Positions 18,635 to 28,035 of a stretch of DNA of 53,665 nucleotides are shown piece after piece (within the stretch, counting starts at the first letter, position 1; each line of letters begins with the position of its first letter). The notes beneath the pieces are model-generated. The model saw only the letters and a list, made by a program, of their open reading frames with translations. It had not been told where the DNA came from and did no database searches. This stretch comes from Methanosarcinales archaeon (lineage in GTDB: Archaea; Halobacteriota; Syntropharchaeia; Alkanophagales; Methanospirareceae). The stretch covers positions 1 through 53,665 of the forward strand of contig JAUWPM010000002.1 of the NCBI GenBank assembly GCA_030611585.1, in the 5' to 3' direction. A program made the translations under genes and the position numbers.

Positions 18635-19897
18635 TTAACCCCACAACACCTCTTCTGCAGCCTTCTTCACTTCCGCTCGGTACTTTTCCGGCGTATAGAC
18701 CCCGATTTTATAAATCTCCTGGAACGCCTGGCTGAGCATTGACACAAGCGATGATACTTCCCGCAGACTCTTGAATTCGTTCCCGATAACAACTTTCGCC
18801 GCACTCTCTTCTAACTCCTCGCCTTCGCGACTTTGGAAATCCAGTAAGACGTATTTTCTATCTACACCCGTTCGCTTGCTTATTTCCTCTTCTACTTCCC
18901 TTAACCTTTGTTCTTCGCTTAATTCTTCTGCTACTTCTGCGTCCAGCGTGTTTATGTTCGCATATACCGCCCGTTTGAACAATCGGCGCTCATTTATCCG
19001 CATCATCATCTCTTTTGGATAGCCTATCGCATTCCTTAGTGCAGTGTTTATTTCGGCATCGTCCATTCTTCTTAATGCGGCTGCATAGACCTTCGATTCC
19101 GATTCTGACTTGTATTCCGAAGCGATAAAAGCTTCAAGCGCATTCAAAAACATCAACTGCACTATCCGACCCGTGTGATGATTATAAACCGTGGGGTGCA
19201 TCAAGAATCGTGAAAAGAGCAGATATTCCGCAGGTAGTATCCCTTTCTCAGTTATGACCAGTTCTTCGTTGAAGAAATCCAGCCCTTGAATGAGTCTGAT
19301 ATTGTCAACAACGCCGTATGCCACGCCGGTATAATACGAGTCCCGGACTAAATAATCCATCTTGTCCACGTCTATCTCGCCATTTAAAATCCTCGAAATA
19401 TCTCGCTTATACCGATTTTCAGTCCGTTCTCCTTTTATGTAGCCCTGTATCTTTCGCCTGTCCAAGCGATATTCTTCTATGACTTCCGCAATAGTCGGTG
19501 CCGATGAGTCGCCGTCTTTTGCCTTTTCCCGATTATTGTCATGCGCAAAAAGCACGTATTCAACGTCTTCGTGCCCTTTTTCCGTGAACTTCTGTATCAG
19601 TGGCTCTGTCACGTGCGAATACGGGCCGTGGCCAACGTCATGGATCAACGAAGCAACAAGAAGCTCCTGCTCTTCCTCTTTCGCTACGCCAAGCCTGTCA
19701 AGCAGAACGTTCATCAGGTGGTACGTGCCAAGCGAATGCTCAAACCGCGTATGATTCGCACCGGGATAAACTAAATAGGAGAACCCAAGTTGCCTTATTC
19801 GCCGCAATCGCTGCATTTCTACGGTGTCTACGATCGCACAGGCAAGCTCGTCCAATTCTATATATCCGTGCAGGGGGTCTCTTATTACCTTACGCAT
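18635..19897 (-). CDS. HD-domain phosphohydrolase (dNTP triphosphohydrolase/SAMHD1-like)
   Basis: RFEHSLGTY.. and IHDVGHGPYSH HD-superfamily motifs. 420 aa. Confidence 0.8.
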   Translation of the reverse strand: MRKVIRDPLHGYIELDELACAIVDTVEMQRLRRIRQLGFSYLVYPGANHTRFEHSLGTYHLMNVLLDRLGVAKEEEQELLVASLIHDVGHGPYSHVTEPLIQKFTEKGHEDVEYVLFAHDNNREKAKDGDSSAPTIAEVIEEYRLDRRKIQGYIKGERTENRYKRDISRILNGEIDVDKMDYLVRDSYYTGVAYGVVDNIRLIQGLDFFNEELVITEKGILPAEYLLFSRFLMHPTVYNHHTGRIVQLMFLNALEAFIASEYKSESESKVYAAALRRMDDAEINTALRNAIGYPKEMMMRINERRLFKRAVYANINTLDAEVAEELSEEQRLREVEEEISKRTGVDRKYVLLDFQSREGEELEESAAKVVIGNEFKSLREVSSLVSMLSQAFQEIYKIGVYTPEKYRAEVKKAAEEVLWG

Positions 19898-19935
19898 TGG
19901 ACTTTCTTTATTTACTTAAAGTTAATCGAATATAT

Positions 19936-21279
19936 TTACTTTAAATTCCCTACAATCCTATTCACTTTTTCCGCAACTTCAACAGCAGTATTGCCAAAAA
20001 TTCGCACCATTGGCTCCTTTCCCATCGCACCGAGATCGAAGATCACGTCCGGGACGAAATTAAACTTGCCGCTTGCGGCTCGTACACCCCAGTCCATGGT
20101 TTTTACATTCTTCGGTTCTTTATCCCGGTCAAACGAAGCGACACTCATCCCCAACGATTTGCAAGCCTCAACTATCTCTGGCGAGTATTTCACGTTAATC
20201 GCGCTTCTGCGCGCTTTATCCTGTTCCATCATTGCCAATATCAGCCGTGCAACGTGGCTACTGACGCCGAAATCCACACAACCAGCAGTTACAACACCTT
20301 CCCTCGTAGGAACTATTCGACCGTTCACCGCTGCAACTTCTTTCTCGCTTGCTACACCCGCGATTGCCATACCTATGTTCGTGCCAACCTCAGGAATGAC
20401 CGTTTCAAAACCGTCTATCTTTAATAACATTCTGACGGCTTCCTTTACGTTTCCCAGCGTCCAATACCGGTCAGCGTCGTTCCGCAATCTCTGCACCTGG
20501 TCTACCACGATCATCGTGGACACTTCCGCACCACTGATTATAGCATCATGCACGAACTTTTTTGCTGATGCTGCGGCATCCTGCAACGTTTTACCCTTCG
20601 CCAGTTCAGCAGCCAAAGCCGCGGAAAAGGAACATCCAGCACCGTGCACCACTTTCCCTGTTTTTATGATGGGAGAGCTCATTTCCGTGAATTTGCCACC
20701 ATTGTAAAGCAAATCCGTTGCTTTCCCGGCTGATATTTCCGACTCGAGATGTCCGCCTTTTATAATTACTGCCGCTGCGCCCAGTTGGTGTATTTTAAGA
20801 GCGGCTTCTTTTACATCCTTCTTTGTCCTTATCTCCACACCGGAAATAGCGCCTGCTTCGGGCACGTTTGGCGTTACAACCGTGCAGAGCGGTAAAAGCT
20901 GCTCGATGAGCGAGTTCAAAGCGTTCTCTTCGAGTAAAACGCCGCCTGAGCCAGCCATCATCACGGGATCTAAAACAAACGGGATTTTGTATCGCCTGAG
21001 CGCCTTTGCTACTACGCCTATCATTGCCGTGGAATACAGCATGCCGGTTTTTGCATAATCCGCCGAAAAGCCGTTATCACTCATAATGGCTGCTATCTGT
21101 GCATCTACAACTTCAACAGGCACTTCGTGTACCTCGTGCACGCCATACGTGTTCTGAGCGGTGATAGCAGTAAGCACCGACGTGCCGTAAACGCCCAATG
21201 CCGCAAACGTTTTTATATCCGCCTGTATCCCTGCGCCACCACTGCAATCCGAGCCCCCGACGGTCATTACTCTTTTCAT
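19936..21279 (-). CDS. thiDN: bifunctional hydroxymethylpyrimidine/phosphomethylpyrimidine kinase plus thiamine-phosphate synthase (ThiD-ThiN fusion)
   Basis: N-terminal ThiD ([25 protein letters not shown]) fused to a ~170-aa ThiN-like C-terminal domain, the archaeal arrangement. Confidence 0.85.
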   Translation of the reverse strand: MKRVMTVGGSDCSGGAGIQADIKTFAALGVYGTSVLTAITAQNTYGVHEVHEVPVEVVDAQIAAIMSDNGFSADYAKTGMLYSTAMIGVVAKALRRYKIPFVLDPVMMAGSGGVLLEENALNSLIEQLLPLCTVVTPNVPEAGAISGVEIRTKKDVKEAALKIHQLGAAAVIIKGGHLESEISAGKATDLLYNGGKFTEMSSPIIKTGKVVHGAGCSFSAALAAELAKGKTLQDAAASAKKFVHDAIISGAEVSTMIVVDQVQRLRNDADRYWTLGNVKEAVRMLLKIDGFETVIPEVGTNIGMAIAGVASEKEVAAVNGRIVPTREGVVTAGCVDFGVSSHVARLILAMMEQDKARRSAINVKYSPEIVEACKSLGMSVASFDRDKEPKNVKTMDWGVRAASGKFNFVPDVIFDLGAMGKEPMVRIFGNTAVEVAEKVNRIVGNLK

Positions 21280-21281
21280 TT

Positions 21282-21827
21282 TTACTTTACTTTTATCACG
21301 CTGTACTTCTCCCGCATCTCTCTCGTAATAAAACTAAGTCCGCATCTATTCCCTACGATCTCTATTGTAATCAGCTTATCCGGATTCTTAAGGTTCACTT
21401 TTGGCTTCCTTCCATGCACCTTCTCGACCAGATCGTAGAAATATCCGCCAACTTCTCGTTCTACCTTTTGGCTTGAGATTTCTTCTTTCATACCCCTTCG
21501 TTCAACCCGGAATCCGAACGTCTCACCGGGCTCGATTTCGTCTATATATTGCCCTACACGCTTCTTCAGCATATCTATCAGGTTCTCTGGGGACGCAAAG
21601 AACGCATCATCTATAGGGATTACTCGCTTCAAGTAGGGGTATTTATTATGCTCTGCATCCTCTAAGAACTCCACGATGTCTTCCACACTCCCGATCACGA
21701 CATCCCTGAATCCAGAACGTTCAAACTCGCCGTCCTTTTCTAAATTCTCTAATAGCCCCTCCTCTCTATCTCTATCTCCGTCCCCATCTCCTATCACCAC
21801 TACGTTCCAATCATCCAACATTTTCAT
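21282..21827 (-). CDS. THUMP domain-containing protein
   Basis: 181 aa. The C-terminal half ([36 protein letters not shown]) matches the THUMP RNA-binding domain pattern. Confidence 0.7.
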   Translation of the reverse strand: MKMLDDWNVVVIGDGDGDRDREEGLLENLEKDGEFERSGFRDVVIGSVEDIVEFLEDAEHNKYPYLKRVIPIDDAFFASPENLIDMLKKRVGQYIDEIEPGETFGFRVERRGMKEEISSQKVEREVGGYFYDLVEKVHGRKPKVNLKNPDKLITIEIVGNRCGLSFITREMREKYSVIKVK

Positions 21828-21998
21828 CCCTCGTGTTTTAAAAGTGCAAGCTAAAAATAAATTTTATCTTTTTGCGTGAAGATGTCAGGCCAATATTTAG
21901 CATACGTCGAGGACAATATATTTAAAGCATTGGATATGGTATATACTATTCAGTGCTCAGAGGGTTTGGAATGAATAATCATTCTTGAGGAACATCTG

Positions 21999-24710
21999 AT
22001 GAAGACCGAAGATGCCAAACTGCGGATAAAAGAACTTATTGACAAATACACTCAACTCGTTGAAGAGAAGAGACTTGGCGAATATAACGAAGAGCTGACT
22101 AAAAAAGACTTTATCCTACCGCTATTCGAGGCTTTGGGATGGAATGTTTATAACAACCCCAACAAAACCGATAGTGTGTCCGCAGAAGAAACGATATCTA
22201 AAAAACGAGTTGATTATGGGTTCAGAATCAATGGCATACCAAAATTCTTGCTTGAAGCAAAAGCAATACCAGTGGATTTAAACAAAGCGAAGTTTGCAGA
22301 GCAGGCAATAAACTATTCATGGCACAAAGGCTGCACATGGGCGGTTCTTACGGATTTTGAAGGGATAAAGGTTTTCAATGCGGAATGGAAATCAAAAACC
22401 GTGAGGGAAAATCTGTTTTTAAACATCATTTGGAGTGATTATCTTGACCGCTTTGATAAATTGTGGTGGTTATCGAAAGAAAGCTTTGAGAAGGGGCTGT
22501 TAGACAAAGAAGCCGAACTTGTCGGAAAGAAAAGCAAAAAGATTCCGGTAGATAAACAGCTTTTAGCGGATTTCACGAGATTCCGAGAGATGCTTTCCAA
22601 GGACATAACGAAATTAAATCTGGATAAAGGATTAACAGAAGAAGAACTTGATGAATCGGTGCAGAGAATCCTAGACAGGTTGATTTTCATAAGAAACTGC
22701 GAGGATAGAGAGTTAGAAGCCCGAAAGTTAATGCCCGCACTGAGAGAATGGGAAAGCGTAGGAAAAAAGGGACAATTACTGAAACAGCTCAGAGCGATTT
22801 TTAATTATTTTAACGACCAATACAACAGCAAATTATTCCAAAAGCACTTATGCGATACGTTAGACATCAGCGATAACGTGCTCAATGAAGTGGTCTATGG
22901 GCTGTACCAAACAAAAGACAAAACGGTTTATTACGATTTTTCCGCTATTGAAGCGGATGTTTTGGGTACTATTTACGAGCAGTATTTAGGGCATATCCTG
23001 AGGAAAACAGCGAAAAGAGCAAAGGTTACGGAAAGCCATGCGAGAAGAAAAGAACAGGGGATTTATTATACCCCTCCTTATATCGTTGACTATATTGTTC
23101 GGAACACCTTAGGGGAAGTATTAAAACGCAAAAGACCGGAGGAAATAGAAAAAATCAGAGTTTTGGATCCTGCTTGTGGCTCAGGCTCTTTTCTCATCAA
23201 GTCTTTTGACCTGTTGAACGAATATTGGAAAGAGAAGGACAAGGATTACGCCCAAGCACAACTGGATACAACGGGTCAAGGCACGACATTTACAAGAAAG
23301 GCAAAGATTTTGCACAATAATATCTTTGGCGTTGATCTGGATAAACAAGCGGTAGAAATTGCTCAACTAAATCTTTTATTGAAGATTGCGGAGAAAGGGC
23401 ATAGATTGCCTTTGCTACAGCAGAACATCAAATGCGGTAATTCTTTAATTGATGATGAAGGAATCGCAGGAGACAAAGCATTCTACTGGGAAGAAGAATT
23501 TAAAGAGATAATGGATGAAGGTGGATTTGATGTAGTGGTGGGCAATCCGCCTTATATCCAATTATCTATGGAACCAGCTATATCACAAGTTTGGAAAGAA
23601 TATTTCATAACCCGTTTTAAATCATCAATGGGTAGATTGAACACTTTTGGATTTTTTATAAAACTTGGAATCGATTTATTAAAAGAAAATGGACGTTTGG
23701 GCTATATAATTCCAAATACGATTCTTACACAGGAGTATTATGAACAACTACGTGAAATGATACTAAATTCTTGCAAAATCGAACACATCGTTCACTTTTC
23801 AGATTTGCCTTTCAAGGATGCAGTTGTAGAAAATGTAATAATAGTTTTGAGAAAATCAAAGTCAGCAAAAGGAAGATTATCAAATCGTATCAAAATTATT
23901 GGAGTTAATGAGCGCTTAGATTTTGTAGAACAAAAACAAATATTGCAAAGTTATTTTATCCAAAATTACAAAAAAGGCTTTAATATTTTTTTAGATGGAA
24001 ATACAATACAACTAAAGAAAAAAATAGAGCAGGATACAAAACCATTAGGCGAATTTCTTGAAGTTAATCAAGCAATAGCTTTAAAACATGATCGTGCAAA
24101 ATACTTAAGTGAGAAGAAGATAGATAGCACCTACAAGAAAGTGATTGACGGTAGACATATAAACCGTTATTCTTTGAAATGGGATGGCCATTATTTGAAG
24201 TATGATGTTAAGGCAATACATAGTTGCAAGAGAGAGGATATTTTTCTTTCGACTGAAAAGTTATTTTTCCGTCGTGTGGGAGATAAATTGATAGCCACTT
24301 TAGACAATCAGAAATTCTATGCTCTCAATACACTTGTAGTGATGAATAAAAAACAGTATATTAATTTGGGTATACAATATTTTCTTGCTCTCTTTAATTC
24401 AAAGCTTATGAATTACTATTATCAAAATTTTCTTAAGTCTACAAAGCGGGTTTTCTCAGAGATCCAAGCAAGACAAGTTAAAAATCTTCCAATCAAACAA
24501 ATTCCAGAATCCCAACAAGAAATAATAATTAAACTTGTAGATAAAATGCTTTCCTTAAACAAACGGCTAAATGAATTTGGTGACAAGAAAACAGATGAAA
24601 GAGCAAGAATAGAGGAAGAAATAAAGAAGACAGATAAAGAAATTGATGAACTCGTTTACAAGTTATATGACATAACTGAAGAGGAGAAAAAGATTATTGA
24701 GGGGTGCTAG
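21999..24710 (+). CDS. type IIG restriction-modification enzyme (Eco57I-family N6-adenine methyltransferase fused to an N-terminal PD-(D/E)xK nuclease domain)
   Basis: HsdR_N-like nuclease motif VDYGF...FLLEAK, SAM motif I VLDPACGSGSF, catalytic motif IV NPPY (23544-23555), and a TaqI-like C-terminal specificity region (LALFNSKLMNYYY). Confidence 0.85.
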   Translation: MKTEDAKLRIKELIDKYTQLVEEKRLGEYNEELTKKDFILPLFEALGWNVYNNPNKTDSVSAEETISKKRVDYGFRINGIPKFLLEAKAIPVDLNKAKFAEQAINYSWHKGCTWAVLTDFEGIKVFNAEWKSKTVRENLFLNIIWSDYLDRFDKLWWLSKESFEKGLLDKEAELVGKKSKKIPVDKQLLADFTRFREMLSKDITKLNLDKGLTEEELDESVQRILDRLIFIRNCEDRELEARKLMPALREWESVGKKGQLLKQLRAIFNYFNDQYNSKLFQKHLCDTLDISDNVLNEVVYGLYQTKDKTVYYDFSAIEADVLGTIYEQYLGHILRKTAKRAKVTESHARRKEQGIYYTPPYIVDYIVRNTLGEVLKRKRPEEIEKIRVLDPACGSGSFLIKSFDLLNEYWKEKDKDYAQAQLDTTGQGTTFTRKAKILHNNIFGVDLDKQAVEIAQLNLLLKIAEKGHRLPLLQQNIKCGNSLIDDEGIAGDKAFYWEEEFKEIMDEGGFDVVVGNPPYIQLSMEPAISQVWKEYFITRFKSSMGRLNTFGFFIKLGIDLLKENGRLGYIIPNTILTQEYYEQLREMILNSCKIEHIVHFSDLPFKDAVVENVIIVLRKSKSAKGRLSNRIKIIGVNERLDFVEQKQILQSYFIQNYKKGFNIFLDGNTIQLKKKIEQDTKPLGEFLEVNQAIALKHDRAKYLSEKKIDSTYKKVIDGRHINRYSLKWDGHYLKYDVKAIHSCKREDIFLSTEKLFFRRVGDKLIATLDNQKFYALNTLVVMNKKQYINLGIQYFLALFNSKLMNYYYQNFLKSTKRVFSEIQARQVKNLPIKQIPESQQEIIIKLVDKMLSLNKRLNEFGDKKTDERARIEEEIKKTDKEIDELVYKLYDITEEEKKIIEGC

Positions 24711-24712
24711 AA

Positions 24713-24793
24713 AGTGAAATTAATGAGTTGGTTTATGAGATTTACGGGGTTACGGGAGAGGAGATAGAAATTGTGGAGGCGGCGGATAATTGA
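24713..24793 (+). pseudogene. orphan C-terminal tail of a second Eco57I-family methyltransferase gene
   Basis: Reads ..EINELVYEIYGVTGEEIEIVEAADN*, paralogous to the genuine tail EIDELVYKLYDITEEEKKIIEGC* that ends 3 nt upstream. Confidence 0.6.
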
Positions 24794-25907
24794 AAAAATG
24801 AAGGAAAAAGGTAGAAAAGAAAAAATGGATTTGGAAAGGGAATACTTTACCTATTTTAGTGAATTTTTTGAGAATGTAAAAGAGCAATTTAGGAAATCAG
24901 TTGGTTTAAAAGAAGTTGATGAATTATCTTCAGGAGAGTTAGCTTTTAGAGATGCTATAAGCTCATTGCCATGCCCAGTTAGTATTATAAGGTTAAAAAT
25001 CGATATTACGAAGCATGAAAAGGCTAAAAATAACGTATACCATCTGATTACATACGATTTCTCTAATTTTGGAGAATCCTCAATAAAGTATTATGGCGAA
25101 GTTGACTTAGATGAAATTGAGAAATATAGAGAGTTGCTGGAAGACTTTAATATTGATAAACAAAAAATAGAATGGCTAAGAGATTTTAAAACACTCGGTT
25201 ATGGCGATCCTGATCAGTGGTATTGGGTTTGGATTATACCGTATGATATTTTAGAAAATGCTGAAGAGTACGTCAGAGATTTCTTGTATCATCCCACAAA
25301 TTCATTTTTGATGATTTTTGAAAACAAAATCCTCCAGAAATTTGAGAGAAAAATTGATTATAATTCCAAATATGGATTAAAAAATGACCCGGTACTTCCG
25401 TTATCTGAACTATTGAAAAAAGATAAAAGATTTAGCTCGTCTGTTAAAGTTGATAAATCGGGAAGGGTTCGTGAAAAAACAATAGAGGATCTGCAAAAAA
25501 GTATCTGTGGTATTCAATTAATTCCAAATGTGCCTGAAGAAGTGAAAAAAGTTTTTAATGGTGCTAAAAGACTCCGTATCTTTGGGTACTTCGAATATTA
25601 TTTTTTCACTATTTCCGAACATTATGCATATCTTGCATTGGAATCTGCTCTAAGGAACAGATACAATGAGATATACGGTAAACCCAAGAACCATATTAGC
25701 CTTTACAAAGTTATTCAAAAATTAGTGAAAAAAGGAATTATTCCAAAAGGTGAAACCAAGGCTTATGATTATGGAAGATATTTCAGAAACGTTCTTTCAC
25801 ATTTAACTGAGCCATCAATAATGCTGCCAAGTTCTGTTACACTTGAAAGAGTAGCGTATCAAATAAATCAAATATACGATAGAGGAAATGAGGAAATAAA
25901 AAATTAA
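24771..25907 (+). CDS. uncharacterised protein with a C-terminal HEPN-like (RNxxxH) domain; the true start is probably the ATG at 24798 or 24825
   Basis: The helical C-terminal ~120 aa include YFRNVLSHL (R339-x4-H344, nt 25785-25802). The N-terminal ~250 aa match no family I recognise. The stop overlaps the next ATG (TAATG). Confidence 0.6.
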   Translation: MWRRRIIEKMKEKGRKEKMDLEREYFTYFSEFFENVKEQFRKSVGLKEVDELSSGELAFRDAISSLPCPVSIIRLKIDITKHEKAKNNVYHLITYDFSNFGESSIKYYGEVDLDEIEKYRELLEDFNIDKQKIEWLRDFKTLGYGDPDQWYWVWIIPYDILENAEEYVRDFLYHPTNSFLMIFENKILQKFERKIDYNSKYGLKNDPVLPLSELLKKDKRFSSSVKVDKSGRVREKTIEDLQKSICGIQLIPNVPEEVKKVFNGAKRLRIFGYFEYYFFTISEHYAYLALESALRNRYNEIYGKPKNHISLYKVIQKLVKKGIIPKGETKAYDYGRYFRNVLSHLTEPSIMLPSSVTLERVAYQINQIYDRGNEEIKN

Positions 25908-26737
25908 TGCCGATGCTAAAAGATAAAGAGAAAATAAAGATAGCAGTTGCAGGAAAAGGGGATGTGGGTGAAGGTAGTGGAAGAGGAAGAATGAACAAAA
26001 CAATAACTCTTAAAGAACATATAATCAATTACGCAAAGAATAAACGTTATTTCAATATAAACGATTTGCGGAAGTATTTTGATGAAATAGGAATTGATTT
26101 CAAAAATGGCACACTGAAAAAATATCTCTATCTCCTGAAAAGAGAAAACGTTATCTATGGCGCAGGCAGAGGCTGGTATTCCACAATAAAACCGGTTTTT
26201 GTATTGGATACAAAGCCCGTAGAAGAAATTAGAGCTTTAATAAAAGACAAGTTCCAACTCCTTGATTTCTCTTGCTGGGGCACCGAGCAGATAAAAGGTT
26301 TCTTTCACCACTTGCCAAGCCAATTTGTCACTTTCGTTTATGCTGATAAAGATTTTCTACAAGCCCTAAAAGATTTCCTGTCAGATAACGGATACAATAC
26401 ATATCAAAATCCCCGCAAAAGTGAAGCGGAAAAATATGTGGATTTAAAAAAACGAACGGTTGTATTAAGACCTTCCATTTCTTCGCGTGAGCCTAAAAAT
26501 CAGTGTTTTGCAAAAATAGAGAAGATAATTGTGGATTTGTTTATGGAGACGAAAAAGGTCAATCTCATGGATAGGGAAGAGTGCCAGAAAATTATTTCCA
26601 ATATAATCCTTAATTACCGCATAAATATGGCTGAGATGTTCGACTACGCGGAAAGGAGAAAAATAAAAGAGAAGATGCGGAAGATGTGTACAAACCAAAA
26701 TCCACCTATGTCACATTTTTGTAAAACGTGGCAATAG
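25907..26737 (+). CDS. AbiEi-like type IV antitoxin/transcriptional regulator (N-terminal wHTH); alternative start at 25991
   Basis: N-terminal wHTH-like FNINDLRKYF..GTLKKYLYLLKRENVIYGAGRGWYS, ~250-aa size, and a position directly upstream of an AbiEii nucleotidyltransferase. Confidence 0.6.
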   Translation: MPMLKDKEKIKIAVAGKGDVGEGSGRGRMNKTITLKEHIINYAKNKRYFNINDLRKYFDEIGIDFKNGTLKKYLYLLKRENVIYGAGRGWYSTIKPVFVLDTKPVEEIRALIKDKFQLLDFSCWGTEQIKGFFHHLPSQFVTFVYADKDFLQALKDFLSDNGYNTYQNPRKSEAEKYVDLKKRTVVLRPSISSREPKNQCFAKIEKIIVDLFMETKKVNLMDREECQKIISNIILNYRINMAEMFDYAERRKIKEKMRKMCTNQNPPMSHFCKTWQ

Positions 26738-26755
26738 TAGAATACTCGGCGAAAG

Positions 26756-27817
26756 ATGATTGACAGAACATGTTTTGAAAGAAAATGGATAACGAATAAA
26801 CATAGAGAAACAAACGCAGACCCAATATTGATAGAAAAAGCAATATATGCCTTTGAATTACTTGGGAATTTGGTTGAAAACGGCACTAATCTGATTTTTA
26901 AAGGTGGCACAGGTTTGATGCTGCTCATTCCTGAGTTGAAAAGACTCTCCATTGACATCGACATAATAACGGAGGAGAAAGATATAGCATTGTATGAAAC
27001 ATTCGATAAAATAGTAAGAGGAGGGGTATTCAAGAAGTGGGAGGAGGATAAAAGACTTGCAGAGCATAAAATCCAAAAAAGTCATTTTAAATTCTACTAC
27101 TACTCTTCAATAGAAAATAGGATAGCATATATCATGCTTGATATTGTAAAAATGCCGTCTCCCTTTTCCAAAACAATCGAAAAGCCAATTATTATACCAT
27201 TGTTTGAAGTTGAAAAAGAAGTGAAAGTACCAATCCCTACAGTAAATGGATTTACCGGAGACAAGTTGAGCGCTTTTGCTCCTACGACTATAGGAATTCC
27301 CTATGGTAAAGACAAGTCAATGGAAATAATAAAACAACTATTTGACCTTGGAATTTTATTTGAATACATAACTGACCTGAAGGAAGTCAGTCAGTCGTAT
27401 AAAAGAATTGCTGAAATTGAAGCTTCTTATCGTAATATGAGTTTGCCTGCCGATGAATTTTTGCGTGATTCAATACGGGCTTCATTTCTCATCTCTCAGT
27501 TAGACTTTCGGGGGAGTATTAAGAACGATTATACAAGAGAACTAAGAAATGGAATAAGTAGGATTAGAAGTCACATAATAGGTGGTAGCTACTCTTTTTC
27601 CCGTGCTAAAGAGGATGCGTCAAAAGTTGCCTGCCTTGCTTTTTTAATTAAGGATGGTCGTTTGGATACGGATATAGAAAGACTGAAGCAAAATAGGGGA
27701 GATGTGGAGAAAATAGCGGATGTTCTTCTTCCAGGGGAATTCGTTATTCTAAATAAGCTAAAGGCGATTTCACCAGAAAGTTTTTATTTGTGGGCGATAG
27801 CTACTAAAGTAATATAG
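26756..27817 (+). CDS. AbiEii/AbiGii-family nucleotidyltransferase toxin (DUF1814)
   Basis: LIFKGGTGLMLL..LKRLSIDIDI matches the pol-beta NTase G[ST]x..DxD signature of the AbiEii family. 353 aa. Confidence 0.75.
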   Translation: MIDRTCFERKWITNKHRETNADPILIEKAIYAFELLGNLVENGTNLIFKGGTGLMLLIPELKRLSIDIDIITEEKDIALYETFDKIVRGGVFKKWEEDKRLAEHKIQKSHFKFYYYSSIENRIAYIMLDIVKMPSPFSKTIEKPIIIPLFEVEKEVKVPIPTVNGFTGDKLSAFAPTTIGIPYGKDKSMEIIKQLFDLGILFEYITDLKEVSQSYKRIAEIEASYRNMSLPADEFLRDSIRASFLISQLDFRGSIKNDYTRELRNGISRIRSHIIGGSYSFSRAKEDASKVACLAFLIKDGRLDTDIERLKQNRGDVEKIADVLLPGEFVILNKLKAISPESFYLWAIATKVI

Positions 27818-27862
27818 AAGCAGATACGAAAAGATAAAATCCCATCAGTGGACTAATAGATA

Positions 27863-28033
27863 GTGAAGGAAAATGAACAGAGAAAAATTATCTCAATCCT
27901 TGTACGATCTAACGCAAAAAAGATAGCGATTGTTGGCTCTTACGCAAGAGGTGAAGCGAAAACAGAGAGTGATATTGACATTCTTGTGAAATTTTCGGGA
28001 AGAAAGAGTTTGCTTGACCCTGTGGGAAAATAA
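27863..28033 (+). pseudogene. truncated minimal nucleotidyltransferase (MNT antitoxin of HEPN/MNT modules)
   Basis: GTG-started 56-codon ORF ..IAIVGSYARGEAKTESDIDILVKF.. (GSxxRG..DxD). It lacks the C-terminal half of MNT proteins and has no HEPN partner downstream. Confidence 0.6.
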
Positions 28034-28035
28034 CA

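Noticed and set aside
19790-20707. 305-aa plus-strand ORF
   Set aside because: Antisense shadow of the thiDN gene, with a Ser/Thr/Pro-rich low-complexity translation.
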